Positions 52,496-64,000 of a DNA stretch of 64,000 bases are shown here, one piece after another. Source of the DNA: the human T2T-CHM13v2.0 reference genome, Homo sapiens. A program made the position numbers and the translations under genes. The notes under the pieces are model-generated. The model had not been told where the DNA came from. It saw only the letters and a list, made by a program, of their open reading frames with translations, and made no database searches. Where the stretch lies: the NCBI RefSeq assembly GCF_009914755.1, contig NC_060940.1, one strand, 5' to 3'. Each line of letters begins with the position of its first letter. The first letter of the stretch is position 1.

Positions 52496-52914
52496 ACACA
52501 TTTAAAATAATGATAATAGTAAGCCCCAATTATACTATAAAGGAACAACTAATTTAGAATAGGAGGTCTAGGTAAATATGCAAATGCAAATACTCTGGCA
52601 CAACCCCCCTGGAAAACATAATGAAGTGGTCCCGCCAGAGTATCCTCACACAGGGTCACCACCAACACATTGCATCAGCTGCCATGCAGACGAACACAGG
52701 TCTGTTTTGCATTGTCACCCAAGTGACATTCAGTATTGCCATTGGTTAGGCAATTTTCCAGAATTGGTGAGATTCTGAACCAAACAAAAAACAAGATCAC
52801 CTCTTTTGACACAGGGGCTGCATTGTGGTGATGTGTGGAATATGTTCATCTGTACAAAAATATTTGGGGTTTGAGTGTAAAATCGAGTTGGGTTCTAGAC
52901 TCAGATAAACAAGA

Positions 52915-53115
52915 TTTTTTTTCTCCCCCACCCAAAGACTGTTTATCAGGGTCATTCGAAATGTATGTGGGGCAACTCTATGTAGTCAGGAGCTCCATGC
53001 ATCGCGGGGTGTCTAACACCTAATTGTCACCTCCCACTAAATGCCAGTAACACCCCCGATTATTGTGACACTCAAAAATCGCCCCCTCGCACTTCGAAAG
53101 CACACCCCTATACAC
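52915..53115 (-). mobile_element. MER20/MER20B-like
   Basis: cccactaaatgccagtaacaccccc...ttgtgaca...aaaa. Confidence 0.55.
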
Positions 53116-53129
53116 ACTGATCTTCTGTT

Positions 53130-53345
53130 AACCCTGCCTTGAATGACTTCGGTAGCCTGAATTCCCATCCTGGCCCCACTGCCTCATAGCTTCGTGGCCC
53201 TGGGCAAGCCCACAACCCCCAAACCTCAGTTTCCTCATCTGTGATATGGGTGCATGGAGGAGGTTAAATAACAGCTCCAATCTTAAAGCCTCCTTAGCGC
53301 CGTGCCTCACGAGCTGTAAGTACTAAATGAATGCCGGCTATTATA
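53130..53345 (+). mobile_element. MIR
   Basis: ccctgggcaag...cctcagtttcctcatctgtgatatggg. Confidence 0.8.
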
Positions 53346-54739
53346 TATAACTTATATTGTATATTATTTATGATTGTTCCTAAAATTATCACTAATAAGT
53401 GCTTCACAGCAATGAGCTAAGATTCTGAGTGCTATTTCATGGATTTTAGAGAAATAATTAGATTCTAGAACCTCAATTATCATCGTAATGACTCCCCTGA
53501 TAGAGTTCCAAAACTGTTTCTTTGTGACCACTCACAGTAAGAACATCACACGAATGAATATTCCACCTGTCTTAGGTGTGCACACAGAAGGTACTGACGG
53601 TTCTCTCTGAGCAGTTCCAAGCCCTCATCTGGGACCACGTCTTCCCAAGACCAAGCCCTAAGTCGTGATATAAAACAAGAAAAGACGCTGGGAGTACAGT
53701 CAGCTTCAAAGACAGAACCAGCGCACGAGGCAGAATCACAGTGTCAGAGCTTCTGTAATTACACGCTAAATTATGCGGTGCCATCTTTAAATTATGTAGG
53801 AAATAGAAAAAGGAAAATCTCGGTGGAGGATGGAGGTAGCTTCTAGAAGGAGGTGGGCCTGAGCCGCCCCTGAAGAATGTTGGGAATCTGGGTCAGGCAA
53901 GAGGCTGGAGGAGAGAGAGTGAAGAGCTGGAAGGAAGTTGGGAGGGGAGAGGCCCAGGGGAGGGCATAGATGGAGGGTGATGGGGTGTGGGTGCCCAGGC
54001 CTGGGAATTCAGACCTGCCAATAGCCCTTTCAAGGGCCAGAGACAGTTACCTGCCAGAATAAATACATAGATAAATACTATTTAAAGCAAAAACAAAGTG
54101 TCACCAATATCTAGATAAAGTGTCCCCAAGGATACATCTGGTGCTATTCCGTGAGACCATGTCACCCAGAGCTGGTGCTAAACTGATGCCAAGGGGTGCC
54201 CATGGAAATGCCACCTTTGGGTGGGCAGAGGCATTTGGCTCTGCACTGGTTTTTATGGTGTGGGAAAGGAAGCATTCTCGTGGGAATATTGTTCTTGCCT
54301 CCAGGAAGGGCTGTGGGAACATGCAGTTACTGCAGAGGGACATTTCTGAGCATACATGCTTGTTTATGATGATGGATGACTGGCTCAGGAGAGAGCTAAA
54401 ATGATCCTTTCCCTAGAGATGTGAAGAGAAGCCAGCCCAGAATTTCTGTCACAATCTGCTGCCCGAGTCCAGTGACTCAGAAACAAAGTTCATCTTTACT
54501 AACGTGCCATGGCTGCCAGGAACCAGGGCAGCTGCTAAGCCACCAATCCCCAGCCCACAGTTTTGTGCGGAGGAGACATAGACATATATGTTATTGCAAT
54601 TATGGCTCTACTGAAAGAATGAATGAATTTAATCGAATCAATCATTCATTCAATTCAGTTGAATCATTCATTCATTGAATTGAATCATTCATTCAATGAA
54701 TGAATCCCCTGGTCAAGGAACCAGGCTCAGCCCACAATG

Positions 54740-56323
<1,584 letters not shown>

Positions 56324-56788
56324 TCAAGGAAGATCAAATACTCAAGGCTCCTAGTGATCATCAATTAGACATCCGAGTTCTTCTGGGAGGTCCTGTTTGC
56401 CAGTGGTCATCCTGTCATTTCCATCAGTGATGTCTGGAAGGTTTGATACCAAGAAGTTACCTCCTTTCAAAGTGGCTTCTTCTTCCAGCTACTAGGTTTG
56501 ACCTCCTGGAGGCCAGGAGTGCAAGGTACAACTATTACTCTTCCAGAAGAGGCTCTCCCCAACCCTCCCACATTGAAGGGTTGACATTGAAGTGTTGAAG
56601 TTTTCCTTCAGCCTGGTCATTGCTCAAAGGTGGTAGAATATAGATGTAGGTCAGTAGTGATAGCAGGCTACAGCCAGCCGGTGGTCACCACAGGGTAGAT
56701 ATCACATAGTGGTTGAAACTGAAGGCGGCTGAAACCTGAATTCTAATTAATTTCTTTGTGACCATGGGAAGTTATTTCACCTTTCCGT

Positions 56789-57230
56789 TCTTTTTTTTAA
56801 CTTTTAAGTTGAGGAGTACATGCACAGGATGTGTAGGTTTGTTACATAGGTAAACGTGTGTCAAGGGGAGTTGTTGTAGAGATTATCTCATCACCCACAC
56901 ATTAAGCCTAATATTCAGTAGTTATTTTTCCTGATCCTCTCCCTCCTCCCATCCTCCACCCTCCTGGTGTGTGTTGTTCCCCTCTATATGTCCACGTGTT
57001 CTCATCATTTAGCTCCCACTATGAGTGGGAACATGTGGTATTTGGTTTTCTGTTCCTGTGTTAGTTTGCTAAGGATAATGGCCTCCAGTTCTGTCCATGT
57101 CTCTGCAAAGGACATGATCTTATTCCTTTTTATGGCTGCATAGTATTCCGTGGTGTATACATACCAGAATTTGTTTATCCAGTCTATCGTTGATGGGCAC
57201 TTAGGTTGATTCCGTGCCTTTGCTATTGTG
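56789..57230 (-). mobile_element. L1PA 3' end inserted into a MIR (about 56690-57360)
   Basis: Antisense L1 3'UTR; tttcacctt repeated on both sides; MIR core continues after the L1. Confidence 0.9.
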
Positions 57231-57750
57231 TTTCACCTTGTTGAACATCAGTTTTGTGAGCTATAAAATGGGGGTAATCCATTCTCTACCTCCTAGGATT
57301 GTTCAGAGTATGATAAAACACTGTGTCTGGCACAGGAATGTCAATGATCAGCTATTGAGTAAGCAAAGTGAATTAATGATCTTTATATGCCATGTGTCAT
57401 GTAATTCTATCCTCTCACTTCCAGGAGATTTGGAAGGCAGCCAGGAGTCCCTCTTTCCTCTCTGTTGCCTGGCTGACCTCCTTCCTTTAAAACCCTTCTC
57501 CTCTTTTTTGTATCATAATGACCTTATTTTGAATTATGGTGGTACTTTAAATTTTATGTCCCTGAAGGGTTAAGCTCTATGTTGGCTTTACGTGAACTCT
57601 CTCATCCTCACCCACCAGCAAGATGAAGGTAGGGTGGCCACTGATAGGTGACGTTCGTGAGGTGCATGGCTTTTCTGAAGATAAGCAGTAATTGAAGGAG
57701 GAGAATCAGATTTAAAGCCTGGGGCTGCAAGGATATGAGATTCATCACAA

Positions 57751-57776
57751 ATGATGATGATGATGATGATGATGAT
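57751..57776. repeat. (ATG)8 microsatellite
   Basis: Read directly. Confidence 0.95.
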
Positions 57777-57819
57777 AGGAACATTAGGGGAGGAGCAGGA
57801 GTAGGGGGAGACTGGGAGA

Positions 57820-58040
57820 CACAAAACATGTGTTACCAGACTTTGTCAGTAGCATTTTTCATGGTTTCACATTTTTAATTCTCACAATGACCCTTTCAGG
57901 TAGCTTCTATCATTGTCCCAGGTTCCAGTTGAGGAAGCTGAGGCTCTATGAAATCAGATAACTTGCCCATGGTTACACAGCTACTAGTGGTGGTGCAGAA
58001 TTGGGAAGCCAAGCAGCCTTGGCTAAAAAGCCTGCAGCTG
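57820..58040 (-). mobile_element. MIR
   Basis: tgaggaagctgaggctc...aacttgcccatggttacacagctactagtgg. Confidence 0.8.
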
Positions 58041-59157
58041 TGATCTATGTCCTCGCTCTGGCCCTTTCTCCTGGCTTTCCTGATCTCACCGCCGCCCCCT
58101 TACCCCCACTCCCCAGCATGTCCCTCCTCGGCCGTGGGCAACCCCTCCTTCTTTGGGGACACACCTCTCTCACCAAGTTGTGTTTCCCCAAGGCCTTTGA
58201 GGGTCACAGTAGTACATTTCTCACTTTGATTATGAGGGGATACACCCTCTTAATCTAAGACAAACCACCACCACCATTATACTGAATTTAAACCAGTCAA
58301 GAAGTTCAACCCTTCCAGCTATGGAAGCCAAGGTATGTTCTCACTTTGTCTTGGTGCATTTGATTTCTCTGAAGATACCCTCAGATGCTCTAATTTGAGA
58401 AAATACTAGAAAGTGTGCATTTACAGGTGACCATCCCTCTGCTCTGTTGTGACTTTTATAAGGTCTAGTTGTTCTTGATATGCAGACTAATCTGTAAGGA
58501 AGATGAGCATGGGGGAGAGAAGAAAGACGCATTATTCACTGGAAAACAGCATCGTGTATTTTAGCAAGGAGAGCGTGCTGGTGTTGATCTGATATCACCC
58601 CAATACTTAGGAGGAATTGAGTTAGAGATACATTTGTAGCTTGAAGAGTTGCTTATTTGATAAGTTATCGGAGTGTGTTTCAAAGACATTATGCCTATGT
58701 GAAAGTAAAGATGGAGTTGTTTATCTCTGTATCTCCTTGTCCTGTTTCTCCCAGGACTTGGCAGAACTCTTGATGGCAAGAATCAAATCTTTGTCCTACT
58801 TGTAACTGCAGTGCCTGGCAGTTTGCCCTGTCCATATTCATAGAGCTAAAGAAACATTTGTTATAAATGAAGAAATCCCCCAGAGAGAAAGCTATAGAGA
58901 ACTGACCTGGAACAATTTACTTACCTGCTGGGAGACGCTAGTCTTGCCCCAGATGTTCAATGCCTGCACTGGTCTATTTGCAGGTGCAGGGGAGGCTTCT
59001 GCTGTCCTGGGGAAAAAATACCCATGTCTTCAGCCAGCCACAATTCAATTACTCTAGACCAGTGTATCCGAAGCTTGAGTGTACAGCAGAATCCCCAGGA
59101 GGATTTGTTTAAGTACTCATTGCTAGGCGTACTACCCTGGTTTCTAACTCAGTTAGG

Positions 59158-59624
59158 TATATTAATTTCCTAGGGCTGCCGTAACAAATCACTGTAATGT
59201 TGATGTTTAAAGCAACAGAAACTTATTCTCTAGCTTCTGGAAGCCAGAAGCCAAAATCAAGGTGTTGCCAAGGCATGCTCCCTTTAAAGGCTCCAGGGGA
59301 GGATCCTTCCTTGCCTCTTCCAGCTCCTGGTGGCTCCAGGGATTCCATGGCCTCAGCTGCATCATTTTCATCTCTGCCTTTGTTTTTACGTGGCCTCCTC
59401 CTCTTCTCTTTCTCAAATGTCCCTCTGCCTTTCTGTTACAAAGACATTTGCTATTGGATTTAGGACCTTCCTAGATAATCCAGGATGGTCTCATCTCATC
59501 TTGAGATTCTTCATTACATCTGCAAAGACACACCCCCACTTATTTTCCAAATAAGATTCATGCACAGGTTCCAGGGATAAGGACATAGAGGTATCTTTTA
59601 GGGAGCCACCATTCAATTCATGGC
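59158..59624 (-). mobile_element. MLT1B/C LTR inserted in MER5A (about 59058-59700)
   Basis: tttcctagggctgccgtaacaaat...aagcaacagaaacttattctct...tcaaggtgttg...tacatctgcaaagac...ttttccaaataag. Confidence 0.88.
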
Positions 59625-60454
59625 AGTAGACCTGGAATGGGGCCTGAGATTATGCTTTTTTGTACTTCTAACATGTTCACAGTTGATGCTAAAAGTTGCT
59701 CAGAGGTTGGAATATGAGAGCTTGGACTGCTGCTCCAAAGAGAGAGAAAATAATACAATGCCTTCTTTGAAATAGCACCTTTTCAGAAGAGTTCTTAAAA
59801 TAGATTTTATCTCATGGGATTGATTTATTGTGCCCATTAAGCCAGATGCATAGCTCTTCTACTAGAATTAATTTTAAAGTTGCTAACCCTTAATTATTTG
59901 CAGAGATAGGACAAAAAATGTTGGAAGCAATTTGGAAATAGTCTTTATGTTCAGTCCATAATGGATGCTATTTACAACAATGGCTGTTTCATATTCTCAT
60001 ATAAATGATGAAGCTAACACTCAAAGCCATAGACCATTCAAATGCTTTATATCCTAAAAAGGATACAAAGACCATCAGACCATAAATTGTGATTTTTCAT
60101 TGCCATGGCATGTTTCAATAGATGGTTTGTTTCTGTAGAAAGAACAGTTAATTCTGGACTCAGATCCTGAACATGCTCCTTTTTTGGCTATGAGAATTTG
60201 GGTCTTAGTTTTCTTGTCTAAACAGTGTGGGTGATAATATTTTGTCCTAATAATTAGCAGGCTTATTATGATGATCAATTAAGAGTACTTTGTAAACTGT
60301 CAAGTGTTTTGAAATATGTTACTTCTGTAATGACAAGGTTGAAAATAAATATAACTGGAGCTAATTCATAGAAATCTGTGTACTAAAGATAGATCTTAAG
60401 AAAAATTTTCGTCCAAAGTGTATTTGCTTACTGCAGCCCTTTCAGCTTCTCCCA

Positions 60455-60750
60455 TCTGTCAGATGGCCTTTCTCAAATGTGACCACTATGTCTCTCTCCC
60501 ATCCCACATGGTCTTCTTCAGTGTGACCTTGACGATCTTTCATTGAGATATGGGGACTTTGTCTCATCCTCTTGGATCTCAGTGGATCAAGGACTCACTC
60601 GTAACCAGTAGAATGATGTGTGACTTCTGAGATGAGGTCATAAAAGGCCATGCAGCTTTCTCCTTGTTCGCTGGGAATCTTGCTTTTGGAGTCCGTCTGC
60701 TTGAAAGCCACCATGTTGTGAGGAAGCCCAAACTAAACCACGCTAGACTC
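60455..60750 (+). mobile_element. MLT1F-like LTR fragment
   Basis: gtgtgaccttgac...accagtagaatg...gtgacttctgag...gccaccatgttgtgaggaagcccaaacta. Confidence 0.75.
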
Positions 60751-61541
60751 TGGGCTCCAGGAGAGCACAGACTCCTTTGCTTTGTCCTCACCATTTTACC
60801 CCCCGCCGCATTTAGCACAGTGCCTCACACAAGCAGGCATTCAAACAGCTGTGAGAGTGAAGAAACAAAAGGAGGTTGTACCCAACTCATTCTAATATGC
60901 TCTCAAGTTTAAATATGTGATGTAAATAGGACATTATAAGAACAAACACCAAAAAACCACCTATGTGTTGCAAAAGTTAACATTATTAATCCTCTAGAAT
61001 TGTATGGTGCCTAATGGTTACATCTGTTTTCTTAATCGTTCCCTTATAATGCCTGTCTTATAGTACTGCCAAGAATTAGAAGGGAAGGAGCATGCTGAGG
61101 CCTAGATAATTCTGATGGGTTTTTTTTTTTCTTTTTTGGAAAGGATTTAACAGATATTAGAGAAAACTTAGAGGGAGTCTTGGGACTCCTTGATGGCCAC
61201 AAAAGGGGTGACTTTTAAAGAAATCGATCCAGAAATGTCTGTGTGGCTGCCCTTTCTCTTCTCGTTGTAAATTTTCTCACAGTGAACACAGGTGTTAGAG
61301 ATCAAGTGTTTGGCTTTCTGGTGCTCTGATGCAGGAAGTTTGTTTTCTCAGGCAGGCTTCTCAGCTCTTGCACAGTAGCCTATGGGTTGGGACGGCTACC
61401 GGATGGCCCAACTCCAGGATGGGGTCATAGTGCGGAGCTCTGTGAGTGGTGCCCTCTAGAGGAAACTTCCTGAAGGAATGAAGCTTCCTGAACTCATGCA
61501 ATTTGGCAACCCTGGGTTCTCCCCAATGCTTTCAAGACATA

Positions 61542-61612
61542 GTAGGTTGGAGCAAAAGTAATTGCAGTTTTTGCCATTGAAAGTAATGTCAGTTACTTTT
61601 GCACCAACCTAA
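61542..61612. mobile_element. MADE1 mariner MITE, internally deleted
   Basis: taggttggagcaaaagtaattgc...gttacttttgcaccaacctaa flanked by TA. Confidence 0.92.
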
Positions 61613-61918
61613 TACAAACCATCCCATATCTGTGTTCTCCATCCTTTCATCCTTTATCACAGTGGGGTTGTGATAGATCCCTGAAAACACAGGATCAAGT
61701 ATAGGTAAATGCAAGATGGTACATAGAATCAAGTGTGAAAGTGAGTCCCATCAACCCACACTCTTTCCATTTGGCCCAATTGCTGCCCTTGTTGTTTAGA
61801 ATGGCACGTACCTGGCCTTGAAATGCACTGAAGCCTATGGGGATTACTTTAAAATTCGGTCCTGTAAGCCAGTCTGTTAGTATCATTGCTCCTACTAATG
61901 ACAGACATTGCTGGTGTT

Positions 61919-62555
<637 letters not shown>

Positions 62556-62569
62556 TCAGCATGCCCTTT

Positions 62570-62790
62570 ATGAACTGAATTATACAAATTATATACTTTA
62601 AACCTCACAACAACCTCATGAAGTGTATATACCAGTAATATTCCCATTTTATGGACAAAAAAAAGAGAAAAAAAATAGAGGCACCAAGAGGATCTTACCC
62701 AAGGATGCGTGACTGGTAAGTAGCAGAGCTAGAATTTGAACCCAATCTGTTAAACAGTTCCCTCAACAAAGAATTATCTCATTTTGTGCT
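62570..62790 (-). mobile_element. MIR
   Basis: cctcacaacaacctcatgaag...cccatttt...agcagagctagaatttgaaccca. Confidence 0.75.
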
Positions 62791-64000
62791 TGACTCTCAA
62801 GCATTCATGTAGGTGAAAAACTTCTTTAGAATTCTCTGAGCCAAGAACCTAGCTCTATGTATAAACATTTTTTGTATGATTTTAATCTGCACTGAATATA
62901 TTCGTTTCAGTCTCATATTCATCTGGAGACCCCTCCAGAGCTTGAGGTCTTGAGAAGTCCTGGGGCTCCAGTGGCCACTAAAGCAATGACTTTTCAAAAG
63001 AAAAGAAATGTTTCCTGAGTGTAGATGTTGCTATCTTTTTTCTTTCTCATTGTATACTTCCTTGTAGAGTACATAGGTGTTAGAGGTCAGATCTGGAGGG
63101 ATTTTGTATCCAGGAGGTTACCTTGAACTTTGATGCTGTACACTAGCCTAGTATTATTATTATTGTTGTTATTATCATTACTCCTACTATTACTCCTCCT
63201 CTTGCTGCTGCTGCTAAAGTAGCAAAACTGTCTGGCTCCCGGAGCGCCACCTATTGACCATATAGTTTGCCACCTGTCTCAGTTTTGTGCCATGCATGAG
63301 CTCATCCTCACCAATTATTGGCAAGATTATAGAACAGGACACAGAGTGATTCACCTTCAGTATAGCTCCCACTAGTGTGTTGCTCTTATCCCACAAGAAC
63401 GTGACTATCCAGGATTCCTTAAATCCACCAGGCTCTGAGCCAGACTGCATTTACCAATCCACAGAAATAGTGCAGACCAATTCCTTTTGTGAAAATTAAC
63501 ATATATTTTGTCTATGGCCTTCTCTTCATCACTTGCCCCAGCAAGTCTCTCCTCAAAGGATAGTCAGTTTGGCATGATTTATGTATGACGAACCCAGGTA
63601 GACTACCATAACTCACTGTTCTCATTGATAAATCGTTGATAATATATGCCTTGTAAGTTGGTGCTGTTTGGATGGCATGACTAAAGTCAAGCATTAGCAT
63701 AGTGCCCAACACTCAGGAATCTGGCAGAAAGTCAAAAGTTACACCGATCAGTGTCATTATTAGTATGCAATTTCATTCTTAGTCTTCTTGGGATTTAATT
63801 GTATTACCTAATTTATGTAATGAGACTATATTTTCTTTTCTGTCCCATTTCTATTAAACTTAGATACGTCCCCTTCTCCTTGCTTATGGAATCAAATTTT
63901 TAAATTAATTTGATTTGGGTTCTATTTTCTAATCCCATCAATAACCAGCTACAATCTGCCCTTCAGGAGGACGCTGCTTCTTAAAGCATGTCTGAGCTCC

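Overview
Primate, almost certainly human, genomic DNA from inside the T-cadherin gene CDH13 (+ strand). It contains one coding exon (5839-5983, 145 bp), which encodes the end of EC1, the DQNDN calcium linker and the start of EC2. Everything else is intron: about 5.8 kb upstream and about 58 kb downstream, rich in Alu, L1, L2, MIR, MaLR/ERV LTR and DNA-transposon fossils and microsatellites. All other listed ORFs are repeat-derived or chance. I found no convincing new gene or RNA system. The most unusual structure is a ~484 bp mosaic insertion (34283-34766). It splits an old LTR and is built from four pieces copied from nearby sequence, three direct and one inverted, joined by microhomologies. 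This looks like a fixed, ancient multi-template-switch repair event (FoSTeS/MMBIR/TMEJ-like). Two smaller copy-from-~1.5-kb-away insertions and several fold-back or slippage scars occur in the same intron. Other items: a 24-bp hairpin that pairs fully as sense RNA, a 9-run G-quadruplex, two twin-primed L1s, compound Alus, a MADE1/miR-548-type hairpin, candidate CTCF sites and a candidate recursive splice site. Repeat subfamily calls and boundaries were made by eye from remembered consensus sequences and are approximate.
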